Part shown: positions 30,230 through 40,924 of the stretch, piece after piece | Layout of the letters: each line of letters starts with the position of its first letter | Position numbering within the stretch: the first letter of the stretch is position 1 | Assembly (NCBI RefSeq): GCF_965261555.1 | Contig: NZ_OZ253465.1 | Coordinates: forward strand, 878,667 to 942,666 | DNA from: Candidatus Palauibacter sp. | GTDB taxonomy: Bacteria; Gemmatimonadota; Gemmatimonadetes; Palauibacterales; Palauibacteraceae | DNA length: 64,000 nucleotides | Direction: 5' to 3' | The notes under the pieces: model-generated | What the model saw: only the letters and a program-made list of their open reading frames with translations | The model's database searches: none | Told to the model about the DNA's origin: nothing | Made by a program: the position numbers and the translations under genes

Positions 30230-31386
30230 TGGGCTCTACGGTAGGGGCGAAGCGAGGGCTGCATCGCGAAGAGCGCCCCGAGCAGCAGGAGCGGCATCGA
30301 CCACGCGGTCGCGACTACGGGCCCGAACGCGTCCGCGAACCCGCCCACGACCGGAATCGCCAGCGTCCCCACGGCCCACGCGAGCCCCATGACGATGCCC
30401 GAACTCACCGCCGTCCCCGAGGGGAGGATCTCCTGCGCCACGACGACGATCGGAGGCAGCAGCGCCATGTTCAGGAAGCCCGCGCACACGGCCATCACGA
30501 TCGCGGCGGGGCTGGCCGGCGCCAGCGTGAACGCGAGGATGTGCGTGGGCACGGCGAGCACGCTGATCGCGGCCAGGAGGTGCTGCCGGTTGAACCGGTC
30601 GGTGAGGAAGCCGGAGGCGAGCGTCCCCAGGCCCTGGGCGCCGAGATAGACGCTGAGCACGACGGCGCCCGCCGTCTCGCTCTGTCCCGCGCGGTGGGCG
30701 ATGATCGGGATGAAGGTGAGGATCGCCTTCTGCGCGAAGGACCCGACGACCGAGATCCCGAACACGAGGCCGAGCGGCCCCCTGAGTTTGCGGAGCACCT
30801 CCACCGGGGGAGGCGGCGGGGTCCCCGGCCCCACCCGGGTCCGACCCTTCGCGACGAACCAGAGGGCGATCCCGAGCACGACCCCCGGGATCATCGCGAT
30901 CCACAGTCCGGAGAGCCCGAACAGGCCCACGATGGCGACCGCGCTGATCGGCCCCAGCGCGAAGCCCGCCGCCCCCCCGAAGGAGAAGATTGACATGCGC
31001 ACGCCGCTTCCGCGACCGTCTCCGGCGCGCGCGACGAGCGAGGCCCCCGGCGGGTGAAAGGCGGCCGACCCCAGTCCTCCCACCGTGAGCAACAGGAGGA
31101 GGACGAAGTAGCTGGGCGCCATCCCCAGCAGCGAGATGAACACGCCCCCCACGATCGGCCCCGCGGCGAGGAAGGCGCGCCTCCCGAAGCGGTCTGCCAG
31201 GTAGCCGAAGGCCGGCTGCGGGAGCGCGGTCGAGATGGAGAGTACGGTCGACAGCGTCGCGGCCAGCGTGATCGAGAGGCCGAGGTTGTCCATGATCCGC
31301 GGCAGCAGCGGCGGCAGGAACGCGGTGTACGCATCGATCGTCGTGTGCGAGACGACGATGAGCGCCACGACCGCCGCGGGACGCAT
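30226..31386 (-). CDS. MFS transporter
   Basis: Start ATG at 31386 (MRPAAVVALIVV...). 12 predicted TM helices. MFS-type motifs (GYLADRFGRR). Confidence 0.7.
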   Translation of the reverse strand: MRPAAVVALIVVSHTTIDAYTAFLPPLLPRIMDNLGLSITLAATLSTVLSISTALPQPAFGYLADRFGRRAFLAAGPIVGGVFISLLGMAPSYFVLLLLLTVGGLGSAAFHPPGASLVARAGDGRGSGVRMSIFSFGGAAGFALGPISAVAIVGLFGLSGLWIAMIPGVVLGIALWFVAKGRTRVGPGTPPPPPVEVLRKLRGPLGLVFGISVVGSFAQKAILTFIPIIAHRAGQSETAGAVVLSVYLGAQGLGTLASGFLTDRFNRQHLLAAISVLAVPTHILAFTLAPASPAAIVMAVCAGFLNMALLPPIVVVAQEILPSGTAVSSGIVMGLAWAVGTLAIPVVGGFADAFGPVVATAWSMPLLLLGALFAMQPSLRPYRRAQ

Positions 31387-31629
31387 CGACGTGCGTCCCG
31401 GGAGGCCGCTGGGAGGATTGGCGAGTGCCGCGCTCGGTTCGTGCAGTGTGAACTCCGATCCCGTTCGGATGGCAGCCGCGTGCCGACGGCTCACAGTATA
31501 CAGGATCGAGTCCGTCGTGGAGGAACGTGCGCGCATCTATGTTGAACCTCCCGGCCGTCCGCGTTTCGGGTGAACCGGAGGCCGACACGTGTGCCGCGCG
31601 AGGTGTAATCGATGGTTCGGAGACAGCGG

Positions 31630-33072
31630 ATGCAGCGGAAGCGGTCGTTCCTGGCCCTGGGACTCGGCGGCCTGTCCCTGACCCTTGCCGGATGCGAGGG
31701 GGTCGTGATGGACCTCGTCGATCTCGTGGACGAGAACGCGACCTACGTGGTCACGGGGGGGCACTGGCTCGACGTGCACGCCGGGACCCTCGTCGAGAAC
31801 GAGGGTATCACGATTCGCGACGGGCGGATCGTCTCCATCGGCCCTCCGGCGGATAGAGCCGACGTCACGATTACGATCGACCTCGACCGGGAAGCGACGA
31901 TCCTCCCGGGGTTCTTCGACCTGCACGCTCACTACGCGGTGGATTTGTTCGGCGATGGCCGCGTCGATGAGACGGCCGCCTATCCCGAACTCTTCCTCGC
32001 CAACGGCGTGACGACGACCTTCCCGGCCGGCGAGCTGGATCCGGTCCGCATGCGGGAGCTGCGGCTCGCGATCGAGAGCGGCGAGCGCAGGGGTCCCCGG
32101 CTCCTCAACTCGGGCCCCTACTTCGGATCGTGGCGGCAGGGCTGGGACGACGACGCCATGACGCCCGACTCGATCCGCAACGAGGTGGACCACTGGGCGG
32201 CGCAGGGCACGGCCGGCTTCAAGGCAAAGGGGGCCGGGCCGGAGCAGCTCTCCGTGCTCATCGAACAGGCGCACGAGCACGGACTCACCGTCACCGCCCA
32301 CCTCGACTCCGGATTTGGGAACACCGTGAACCCCCGCGACGCGATCCTCATGGGCATCGACCGCGTCGAGCACTTCCTCGGGGGCGACATGATGCCGGCC
32401 GACCGCACGGCCTACGCTTCGCTGCAGGAGTTCGACGACTTCGAGGGGGACGCGCTCCGCGACATCATCGACCTCTACGTCGACCGCGGCGTGTACTTCG
32501 ACCCCACGCTCTCCATCTACGGGTACTGGGGTCCGCACGACCCGGAGATGACGGAGTACTGGACGGACGAACTTCGCTTCCTGACGCCGTACATGCGGGA
32601 GATCGTCGAGGCCCGGCCGCCCCGGCCCGTGAACGAGTCGTTCGCGAAGATGTCGCCGATCAAGCGCCGGACGCTGAAGGCCTTCTACGACAGCGGTGGA
32701 CGCGACCTCATCACGCTCGGCACGGACCTCCCGAGCTGGGGACGGTACTGGTCGCCGTTCGCCATACACCGCGAACTCCTCGCGTTCGCGCGCGCCGGCG
32801 TCCCGCCCGCGGACGTCTTCCGCATCGCGACCCTCAATTCGGCGCGCGCGATGGGCCTCGATGACGAACTCGGCAGCATCGAGGAAGGAAAGATCGCGGA
32901 CCTCGTGATCGTGCGGGGGAACCCTCTGGAGGACATCCGGGCCGCCCGCGACGTCTGGTTCGTCTTCGCGCGGGGACGTCTTCATTCGCCGGAAGAGTTG
33001 CTCGCGACGGCGGAGGGCAGGATCGGGCCCACGGATGCATCGGAGGAGTCCGCGTGGAGACCCGCTCGCTGA
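31630..33072 (+). CDS. Amidohydrolase family protein (lipoprotein)
   Basis: Lipobox LTLAGCEG. GFFDLHAHY metal-binding. HxH...H...D pattern of the TIM-barrel amidohydrolase superfamily. Confidence 0.65.
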   Translation: MQRKRSFLALGLGGLSLTLAGCEGVVMDLVDLVDENATYVVTGGHWLDVHAGTLVENEGITIRDGRIVSIGPPADRADVTITIDLDREATILPGFFDLHAHYAVDLFGDGRVDETAAYPELFLANGVTTTFPAGELDPVRMRELRLAIESGERRGPRLLNSGPYFGSWRQGWDDDAMTPDSIRNEVDHWAAQGTAGFKAKGAGPEQLSVLIEQAHEHGLTVTAHLDSGFGNTVNPRDAILMGIDRVEHFLGGDMMPADRTAYASLQEFDDFEGDALRDIIDLYVDRGVYFDPTLSIYGYWGPHDPEMTEYWTDELRFLTPYMREIVEARPPRPVNESFAKMSPIKRRTLKAFYDSGGRDLITLGTDLPSWGRYWSPFAIHRELLAFARAGVPPADVFRIATLNSARAMGLDDELGSIEEGKIADLVIVRGNPLEDIRAARDVWFVFARGRLHSPEELLATAEGRIGPTDASEESAWRPAR

Positions 33073-33156
33073 GAGGCGCGGTTGCGATGACGTCTTGCTC
33101 CGACGCGTGATCGGACCCGAGCTTGCAACATACGATCCCCGAAGGCGAGGTCTGAC

Positions 33157-34317
33157 ATGATGAGCCAGCGAAACCCGATTCCACGACGACAGGTGCTGAT
33201 CCAGGGCGGCGCGGCGGCCGCCGGTCTCGCGGTCCTGCCGACGGACATCTTCCGCGGCTGGCTCGCCGGGTTCGATCAGGAGGCCGTGATCCCGTGGGTT
33301 CAACGGCCCCACCCCGGGTTGACGGAGCGGATGAATATCCTGAACTGGGAAGAGCTGGACTCCTGGATCACGCCGGTCAGTCAGATGTTCCGCGTGGGGC
33401 ACTACGGGTTGCCGGTGATCGCGGAGAGCGACTGGAATCTCGAGATCGGCGGACTCGTGGACCGGCCGCGGACGTTCAGCCTCGCCGAGCTGAGAGCGCG
33501 GCCCCGCCAGGAGGTCGTGTTCACGCTGGAGTGCTCCGGGAACCGCGGCCGTCCCTCGTTCATCGGCGGCGTCCACAACGCGCGCTGGGCGGGGACCCGG
33601 CTCGCCGATGTCCTTGCGGAGGCCGGCGTTCAGGAGGACGGAATCGAGGTCGTCTTCTTCGGGGCGGACGAAGGCGAGGAGGAGATCCGGGGCAACACGG
33701 TGACGCAGAACTTCGCCCGCAGCCTGTCGCTCGAGGACGCGATGAATCCCGACATCATCCTCGCGTACGAGGTGAACGGCGAGCCGCTGCCGACTGCGCA
33801 CGGATTTCCGCTGCGGGTCATCGCGCCCGGCTGGTACGGCATCGCGAACGTGAAATGGCTGACGCGGATCGAACTCCGCGACCGCCGCTTCATGGGCAAG
33901 TTCATGGCCCGCGACTACGTGACGCTGCGAGCGGAGGAGCGCGACGGCGAGACGGTGTGGACGGAGACCTCGGTGGGGCGCGTGAACATCAACTCCGTCC
34001 CCGCGAAGGTCACGCGGAACGGCGACGGCTACGCGATCCACGGGGCGGCGTGGGGCGCGGACATCGCCTCGGTCGAGGTCCGCGTGGACGAAGGGCCGTG
34101 GCAGGCGGCGACGCTGGGCGAAGGCCAGGGCGACCCGTACACGTGGACGTTCTGGCGCATGGACTGGGACGCCACGCCGGGTCGGCACGCGATCGTCTCG
34201 AGGGCGATCGACGCGGACGGCAACATCCAGCCGGCGGCGGACGACCCGATGCTCGTGAACAAGCGGACGTACTGGGAGAGCAACGGACAGCTCACCCGCA
34301 ACGTCGTGATCGACTGA
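33157..34317 (+). CDS. Sulfite-oxidase-family molybdopterin oxidoreductase (Tat-exported)
   Basis: Twin-arginine signal RRQVLIQGGAAAAGLA. Moco-binding core TLECSGNRGRP...ARWAG. C-terminal dimerisation/Ig-like domain. Confidence 0.7.
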   Translation: MMSQRNPIPRRQVLIQGGAAAAGLAVLPTDIFRGWLAGFDQEAVIPWVQRPHPGLTERMNILNWEELDSWITPVSQMFRVGHYGLPVIAESDWNLEIGGLVDRPRTFSLAELRARPRQEVVFTLECSGNRGRPSFIGGVHNARWAGTRLADVLAEAGVQEDGIEVVFFGADEGEEEIRGNTVTQNFARSLSLEDAMNPDIILAYEVNGEPLPTAHGFPLRVIAPGWYGIANVKWLTRIELRDRRFMGKFMARDYVTLRAEERDGETVWTETSVGRVNINSVPAKVTRNGDGYAIHGAAWGADIASVEVRVDEGPWQAATLGEGQGDPYTWTFWRMDWDATPGRHAIVSRAIDADGNIQPAADDPMLVNKRTYWESNGQLTRNVVID

Positions 34318-34354
34318 CCGTCCCCTCCCCCGGCTCGCGAGCGGGGGCCGCGGC

Positions 34355-34735
34355 TCAGCGAACGCTTCGGGCGCGCCGGCGCAGTCGGCGCAGGAGCCAG
34401 GCGTACGCCACGGCGTTGAGCGCCAGCACGGACAGCCCAAGCCAGATCTGGATCTCCCGGTTGAGCGCGCCGGGATAGATGATGGGCAGCAGGTAACGCT
34501 CGATGAAGCCGCCGGAGTAACCGGCCTGGCCGCTCGCGATCCGGAGCCTGACCTCCAGCGGCGTGAGCGGGCAGATCCAGCCGGCGAACTCGATCAACGC
34601 CCCCCACACGAAACAGGGCACGTGCGCCCACGCGAGCCTCGGCCAGCGGATCGCCGCGAATCCGCCGGCGACGACGAACGCGATGAAGAGCAGGTGGACG
34701 ACGAGGACGAGGTCTGCGAGCAACCGGTACAGCAC
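34355..34735 (-). CDS. DUF2784-like small membrane protein
   Basis: 126 aa with 3-4 TM helices. Pattern ...HL.FI.F...G.....RW.....H.P......LIEF.GWICPLT.LE..LR... Confidence 0.5.
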   Translation of the reverse strand: MLYRLLADLVLVVHLLFIAFVVAGGFAAIRWPRLAWAHVPCFVWGALIEFAGWICPLTPLEVRLRIASGQAGYSGGFIERYLLPIIYPGALNREIQIWLGLSVLALNAVAYAWLLRRLRRRARSVR

Positions 34736-34774
34736 GGCGATCCGGCCTCCGTCAGCGCGCCGTCCGGGATCGCT

Positions 34775-35983
34775 TCATTCCACCTGCACGGGGTGCGGGA
34801 GCGGGACGTTCAGCAGGTAGCCCTTTTCGTTCATCAGAGGCTCATCCGGCTGCGTATTTCCCGCCGCATCCGTGGCGCGGGTGGCCAGCGTGTGCGTCCC
34901 CGGCGTCGCGTCCCACTCGAACTCGAAGCGTTGCCACGCGAGGGGCAGAATCGGATCGACGATCTCGGCCTCCAGCCACGTCGTTCCGCCGTCCGGACTC
35001 CATTCGACGGCGGATACCGGTCCCGCCGGCGCGTGCGCGAACCCGTGGAGGACGTGGGACCCCGGCGCCAGCTGCGCGGGCCTCGGAAGGGCCAGCGCAC
35101 TCTTCACGACGAGTTCCGTGATCACCGCCCCCTGAGCGGGCGCATGCTCCTCCGCCGGCCACTCGTCGCCGATGAGGACGTAGGACGACGTGTTGTTCGA
35201 GTTCCACACCCGCTCGGTGGAGAGCTGTATGGACCCCAGCCACTTGATGCTGCTGGACCCCGACCATCCGGGAACGACGGACCGCGCCGGGAATCCGTGA
35301 TCCGCGGGAAGCCGCTCGCCGTTCATGCGCAGCGCGATGATGGTGTCGGGATCCCGCGCCTTGGCGAGCGGCATGGCGCGCTCGAATCCGGTGCTGTCCA
35401 GCCCCACGAGATTCACATCGACCGTTCCCGGCCGCACGCCGGCCAGGTCGAGCACCGTGGCGACCGACGGCCCCGACCACTCCGCGCACCCCACGGCTCC
35501 GGTCGTCCATTGGCCGCCGCTCGCCCGGGTGCCCGTGAGTTCCGGATACAGACCCCGCCAGTTTCCGGCGCACTCCAGATAGGCGGTGATCGTATGCTGC
35601 GGCAGCGACTCGAGGGTGGACAGGTCGAGCCGCAGCTCGGTCTCCGCGCCGTCCCCCTCCACTCGAAGCGAGTAGCCCTCGGGGTCGATCGTCGGCGTGG
35701 GCGAGTGGTTTCGGACGAAGAACAACTCGTTCGGCGTGATGAATCCGTCGACGAGTTCGAGCCGCGTTTCCAGATTCAGGGTGCGCTGGATGAAGGGCGC
35801 TGGATCCTTCGCCCACCGGGGCGGCCGCTCCCCGCGGGAGGCGATGGCGGCTTCGGCGTCCGTCGATGACCCCGCGTCTCCCGCGCGGCCGCAGGCGGCG
35901 AGCCAGGCCGCGGCGGGTCCCGCGCTGGCGGCGCGCACAAAATCTCGACGGGTGAAGAGGGCGGTCTCGACTCTCCGCTTCAT
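34775..35983 (-). CDS. Sulfite-oxidase-family molybdoenzyme (second paralog, Tat-exported)
   Basis: Start [22 protein letters not shown] (Tat motif) at 35983. Moco domain [10 protein letters not shown]...GCAEWSG. C-terminal Ig-like domain. Confidence 0.65.
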   Translation of the reverse strand: MKRRVETALFTRRDFVRAASAGPAAAWLAACGRAGDAGSSTDAEAAIASRGERPPRWAKDPAPFIQRTLNLETRLELVDGFITPNELFFVRNHSPTPTIDPEGYSLRVEGDGAETELRLDLSTLESLPQHTITAYLECAGNWRGLYPELTGTRASGGQWTTGAVGCAEWSGPSVATVLDLAGVRPGTVDVNLVGLDSTGFERAMPLAKARDPDTIIALRMNGERLPADHGFPARSVVPGWSGSSSIKWLGSIQLSTERVWNSNNTSSYVLIGDEWPAEEHAPAQGAVITELVVKSALALPRPAQLAPGSHVLHGFAHAPAGPVSAVEWSPDGGTTWLEAEIVDPILPLAWQRFEFEWDATPGTHTLATRATDAAGNTQPDEPLMNEKGYLLNVPLPHPVQVE

Positions 35984-36043
35984 CGGCGACACCTCGCGGT
36001 TCCGGCGCTTGGCATATCGGTGCGATTGGGCAAGTTTAGATGT

Positions 36044-37705
36044 ATGCGACTCAAGAGCAACGCACCCGCGATGCCTTGGCGTCCGCGGATCGTCGATGGC
36101 GGCCAGCGGAAGCACCGCTCGATCCCGGCGTTACTGTCCGCTGCGCTCGCGGTCGGGCCGGTCGCGTGCACGTCCGAACCCGGCGTCGAGGCCGACGCGG
36201 TCTTCGAGGTCGTGGAGGCGACGATCGGCGACGTGCAGGCGGCGATCCGCGATGGGACGACGACCTGCCGCGAGGTCGTGGAGCGGCATCTCGCCCGGAT
36301 CGCGGCCCATGAAGACGCGATCAAGGCGATCACCGTGCTCAACCCCCGGGCTCTCGACCGCGCGGATCGGCTCGACGCGGCGCAGGCCGCCGGCGAGACG
36401 ATGGGACCGCTCTTCTGCGTCCCGATGCTCGTCAAGGACAACTTCGACACGCACGACATGGTCACGACCGGGGGGTCCATCGCTCTCGCGGACAACCTTC
36501 CGCCCGACGACGCCTTCATGGTGCGGAAGATCCGCGAGGCGGACGCGATCGTGATTGCCAAGACGAACATGGCGGAATGGGCCTTCAGTCCGCGTCAGTC
36601 CGTCAGTTCCTCCTTCGATACGACGCGCAACGCCTACGCCCTCGACCGCGTCCCCGCCGGATCCAGCGGGGGGACGGCCTCGGGGGTCGCCGCCTCGTTC
36701 GGCGTCATCGGGCTGGGCAGCGACACCGGCAACTCGATCCGCGGCCCCAGCTCCCACCTCGCCCTGGTCGGGATCCGTTCGACCATCGGCCTCACGAGCC
36801 GCGACGGGGTCATCCCCCTCTCCTTCGACCGCGATATCGCGGGCCCGATGGGCCGGACCGTGGAGGATGTCGCGCGCGTGTTCAACGTCGTGGCCGGCTA
36901 CGATCCCGCGGATCCGTACACGGAAGCGGGGCGCGGCCGCGAGGAAGAGGACTACACGGCCTTCCTGGACGCCGACGGGGCGCGGGGCGCGAGGATCGGC
37001 GTCCTGCGCGCGCTCGCGGACCCGGAGGAGACCGATGGGGAGATTCTCGCGCTTTTCGAGGCGGCCATCGACGACCTCGCGGCGCTCGGAGCCGGGATCG
37101 TGGACCCCTTCGAGTTCGACGTCGCAGCGGAACTGGGGCGGGAGGGGATGTTCTGCCGCCGCTTCCGCTACGACATGTGGGTCTATCTGCGGTCGCTGGG
37201 GCCGGCGGCGCCGATGACCGACGTCCTGGAGGTGCTGGAGGACGGACGATACTCCGACTACGCGCAGGCTTCGCTGCGGCGGAACGAGGGGGCCCCGCTC
37301 GACGTACATCCGTCCGAATGGGACGAACCGTGCCCGGACTACGCGGAGAACGAGGGCCGTCAGGCCTACCTGGCGAGCCTCGTGGAAGCGATGGATGACG
37401 AACGCGTGGACGCGATCCTCTACCCGTCGTGGCTCTGCGTGCCCGCCCCTATCGACAGGGGGGACGAGGAATACTGCGGCGACAACAGCCAGCGCGTGGC
37501 TCCCGCCACCGGGATGCCCGCGATCACGGTCCCGATGGGGTACACTTACGGCGAGTTCCCGGCGGGACTGCAGATTCTTGCCCGGCCGTACGACGAAGGG
37601 CTTCTCTTCCGGCTCGCGTACGGATACGAACAGGCGACACGACACCGCCGTCCCCCGGACGGGTTCCAGCGGGACGGTTTCCAGGAGAAGGAGGGAGCAT
37701 CATGA
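36044..37705 (+). CDS. Amidase (amidase-signature family)
   Basis: GGSSGGTASGVAASFGVIGLGSDTGNSIRGPSS amidase signature with Ser-cisSer-Lys elements. Stop overlaps the TBDR start (ATGA). Confidence 0.8.
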   Translation: MRLKSNAPAMPWRPRIVDGGQRKHRSIPALLSAALAVGPVACTSEPGVEADAVFEVVEATIGDVQAAIRDGTTTCREVVERHLARIAAHEDAIKAITVLNPRALDRADRLDAAQAAGETMGPLFCVPMLVKDNFDTHDMVTTGGSIALADNLPPDDAFMVRKIREADAIVIAKTNMAEWAFSPRQSVSSSFDTTRNAYALDRVPAGSSGGTASGVAASFGVIGLGSDTGNSIRGPSSHLALVGIRSTIGLTSRDGVIPLSFDRDIAGPMGRTVEDVARVFNVVAGYDPADPYTEAGRGREEEDYTAFLDADGARGARIGVLRALADPEETDGEILALFEAAIDDLAALGAGIVDPFEFDVAAELGREGMFCRRFRYDMWVYLRSLGPAAPMTDVLEVLEDGRYSDYAQASLRRNEGAPLDVHPSEWDEPCPDYAENEGRQAYLASLVEAMDDERVDAILYPSWLCVPAPIDRGDEEYCGDNSQRVAPATGMPAITVPMGYTYGEFPAGLQILARPYDEGLLFRLAYGYEQATRHRRPPDGFQRDGFQEKEGAS

Positions 37706-40700
37706 GGTCCCGAATATGGCTGATCGCCGCCCTCGCCATCGCGTGGCCGACGGTTTCGCTCGCGCAGGACGGAGCCGTCAGCGGCACCGTGACCAACGAG
37801 GAGGGCCTTGCGATTTCCACCGTGACGGTCACGGCGACGGGGACGCCTCTCGGCGACGAATCGCGCACGGCGATGACGGATGCACAGGGCGTGTACACGC
37901 TCGACGGCCTCCCGCCGGGTACATATTCGCTGCGCTTCACCTTTCCCGGTTTCGTCGAGGGAGTCGTTTCGGGCGTCGTCGTTCGGGCCGGTGAGCGCAC
38001 GGACGTCGACACGCAGCTGGCCTCCCAGCGAACCATCGTGTTGGAGGACCTGACCGCCGTGGTGACCGGGTCGCACTTCTCGGCGCCGCCGGAGAACCTG
38101 CCCTACGCGGTCGACGTGACGGACCGCGAGTCGCTACAGGAGCAGGGCGCGCCGCAACCAGTGGACTTCTTCAAGAAACTGGGCGCCGCCCACGGCATGA
38201 TCGGCGAGCGCAACGGCTGGTACAACCAGAGCGGAACGCTCGTTCCGGAGACCGCGACCAACGTCAATCTGCGAGGCCTGGGCGCCTCGCGAACGCTGAC
38301 GCTCCTGAACGGCCGCCGCCAGGTGTACACCCCGGCGAGACTTCCCGGCGGCAGGTTCGTGGACATCAACGCCTTCCCCTCCATCGCGCTCGACCGCATC
38401 GAAGTCCTGAAGGAGGGCGCGTCGGCCATCTACGGCTCCGACGCCGTGGCCGGCGTGGCCAACTTCGTGACCCGGGGAGATTTCCAGGGATTCGAGGTGT
38501 CGGCTTCGCACGACTACTTCAGCGGCGCCGGCGACACGAATGTGGGTGCCATCTGGGGCACGAGCCTGGGCGACGGAACCAGCGCCGTCCTTTCGGCGGA
38601 TTGGGCCATGCGCCGGGAGCTGCAGGCCGAGGAGCGCGACTGGGTGCTGCGCCCGTACCCCGGGCCGGGCGGCGGCGGCTGGTCCTACTACGGGAACCCC
38701 GGGGCCTTTCTGCGCCCGACGCTGACCGGCACCGAGACTCCCGGTCAATACGTCAGCGCGCTCATCCGTTCTCACTACGGGGACAGCCAGGGCGACGCCC
38801 GCCTGTTCGTTGATCCGGGCTGCGAGGGCCTCGGCGGAACGGACGCCGGCATCACCTGCCGGTTCCGATACGGGCCGTGGGACAACCTGATCGAAAACCA
38901 GTGGCACGCGCGGGTGTTCGGCGAACTGAACAGCGAGTTGAGCGAGAACACCTTCGTCCACGTCGAGGGGCTGTGGTCGGAGGCCGCCATCCCCAACTGG
39001 TACACGACCCCCTCCTTCCCGCCGACATCGCTGTACGACGGCCTTCAGGTCGTGATGCCCGAGAATCCGGGCAGGCAGGCATTCTGCAGCTCGAATGCGG
39101 CTGCGGCCGGCTTTGCCACGCAGGCGGCATGCCTCGAGGACGACTGGTTCTTCTTCGGGCGGCTGGTAGGCAACAGCGGTCCCGGACGAACTCTGACGCG
39201 GTCGTCGCGTACGCAGAGGGTCGCAGCTTCGCTGGACCACCACGTTGGCGAGACGGGCGAGCTGGACGTTGCCGTCGGCTACTCCCGGGCGGCGGGCAAC
39301 GTGAACCAGCCGGCGGAGTACGCCTACCGCAAATACCTGGCCTTTCGCGGTTTCGGTGGACCCGACTGCGGAGTCGGCGTCGTTGTCGACCCCGCGTCGG
39401 CCGCCGGGATGAGCCTCGGAGACACGGGCGGCGCCGTGGCGGGCCAGGGCAACTGCATGTTCTACAATCCGTTCAGCAACGCGATCCTTCGCGCGCAGCA
39501 GCCGGGCACGACGTACACCAACGCGGACAATCCGGGCTACGATCCCGCGGTCGCCAACTCGCCCGCGCTGATCGACTGGATCAACGAAGAGGTGGACCTC
39601 TTCAGCACCGCCGAGCTTCTCACGGCCGAGGCCACGTTCACCAACTCGCTGACCGACGCGATCGGCTACGCGTTCGGCTACCAGTTCCGCTGGTTCGATG
39701 TCACGGGCCAACCCAACGACCCGGGGAACCAGCGTCTCAACCCCTGCCAGGTGCCGGGCGACCGGAGCTGCCTCGACCAGGCGGGGCCGTTCACCTTCAC
39801 GACCGGGTACTTCCCCTACGAGAGTTCACAGACGGTCCACCGGTTCTACGGTGAGCTGCCGATAAACCTCGGCGACCGGCTGGATCTCCAGTTCGCCGCC
39901 AACTACGAGTTCCACGATGTTGCCAGCAGTTTCGACCCGAAGGCGGCCCTCGCCGTCCGGTTGATGGACTCCGGCGACTATCAACTTTCGGCGCGGGCAT
40001 CCCTCCAATCGACGTTCCGCGTCCCGTCCGTCGACGATGTCAACACGGACAAGATCACGGCTCTCGAATACGTGTGGGAGACGGACGTCTACAAGGCGGT
40101 GGACACGTACGGGAGCCAGGATCTGGTGCCGGAACGGGCCACCACGGGCAACGTGGGCCTCGTCTTCTTCCACTTCCCGAGCCGTACGCAGGCGACGTTC
40201 GACTACTGGACGTATGACTTCAAGGACATCATCAACGTGGTTCCCTATACGGCCGTCACGAGACTCTACGACGAGGGCGGCGCGAGCCGGGAGGCGGTGA
40301 AGGAGTTCATCAAATGTCCGGACGGATGGGGGACGGGAACGTGCGACGCGGCTCTCATCGAACGCATTCGGATCGACCTCGTGAACTGGCCGGGCATGAA
40401 GACATCGGGCCTCGACTGGAGCCTGTCGACGCGCCAACCGGTCGGGAGCGCGGAGATGTCGTTCGGGATCGACGGCACCTACACGCGCAAGTACGACGTC
40501 ATGGCGCTCACGCGAGGAGGCGTGGAGCTGCAGGCGGCGACGAGCGGGGCCGGACTGCTCAACCGCAACAACCCCATCGCGTGGCCTCTTCCGCAGTGGA
40601 AGTGGACGGCATCCGTGGGGCTCCACACGGAGCGTCTCACGGCGGTCGGCAACGTCTACTACATCTCCTCCTACGACGACCCCGACTCCGCCGATGAGGA

Positions 40701-40902
40701 CCATCGCGTGATCGGTTCCTTCGCCACCGTGGACGCAACTTTGATGATGAAGGTCACCGACCGAATCGATGGCTTCGTCACCGGATTCAACCTGCTGGGA
40801 ACGCCTCCGCCCCTCGTCAACTGGGAGACCTCGTACGACGGCTTCACGCACGACCCGAAGGGACGGCGTCTCAAGGTGGGGATGACCTATAGGGTGAACT
40901 AG
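37702..40902 (+). CDS. TonB-dependent outer-membrane receptor with N-terminal CarboxypepD_reg domain
   Basis: Signal peptide MRSRIWLIAALAIAWPTVSLAQ. CarboxypepD_reg (GTVTNEEGLAISTVTVTATG...GVYTLDGLPPGTYSL). Plug (LNGRRQVY...IEVLKEGASAIYGSDAVAGVANFVT). Long beta-barrel. Confidence 0.75.
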   Translation: MRSRIWLIAALAIAWPTVSLAQDGAVSGTVTNEEGLAISTVTVTATGTPLGDESRTAMTDAQGVYTLDGLPPGTYSLRFTFPGFVEGVVSGVVVRAGERTDVDTQLASQRTIVLEDLTAVVTGSHFSAPPENLPYAVDVTDRESLQEQGAPQPVDFFKKLGAAHGMIGERNGWYNQSGTLVPETATNVNLRGLGASRTLTLLNGRRQVYTPARLPGGRFVDINAFPSIALDRIEVLKEGASAIYGSDAVAGVANFVTRGDFQGFEVSASHDYFSGAGDTNVGAIWGTSLGDGTSAVLSADWAMRRELQAEERDWVLRPYPGPGGGGWSYYGNPGAFLRPTLTGTETPGQYVSALIRSHYGDSQGDARLFVDPGCEGLGGTDAGITCRFRYGPWDNLIENQWHARVFGELNSELSENTFVHVEGLWSEAAIPNWYTTPSFPPTSLYDGLQVVMPENPGRQAFCSSNAAAAGFATQAACLEDDWFFFGRLVGNSGPGRTLTRSSRTQRVAASLDHHVGETGELDVAVGYSRAAGNVNQPAEYAYRKYLAFRGFGGPDCGVGVVVDPASAAGMSLGDTGGAVAGQGNCMFYNPFSNAILRAQQPGTTYTNADNPGYDPAVANSPALIDWINEEVDLFSTAELLTAEATFTNSLTDAIGYAFGYQFRWFDVTGQPNDPGNQRLNPCQVPGDRSCLDQAGPFTFTTGYFPYESSQTVHRFYGELPINLGDRLDLQFAANYEFHDVASSFDPKAALAVRLMDSGDYQLSARASLQSTFRVPSVDDVNTDKITALEYVWETDVYKAVDTYGSQDLVPERATTGNVGLVFFHFPSRTQATFDYWTYDFKDIINVVPYTAVTRLYDEGGASREAVKEFIKCPDGWGTGTCDAALIERIRIDLVNWPGMKTSGLDWSLSTRQPVGSAEMSFGIDGTYTRKYDVMALTRGGVELQAATSGAGLLNRNNPIAWPLPQWKWTASVGLHTERLTAVGNVYYISSYDDPDSADEDHRVIGSFATVDATLMMKVTDRIDGFVTGFNLLGTPPPLVNWETSYDGFTHDPKGRRLKVGMTYRVN

Positions 40903-40924
40903 GACCTGCGGTGCGGCCCCCGGG

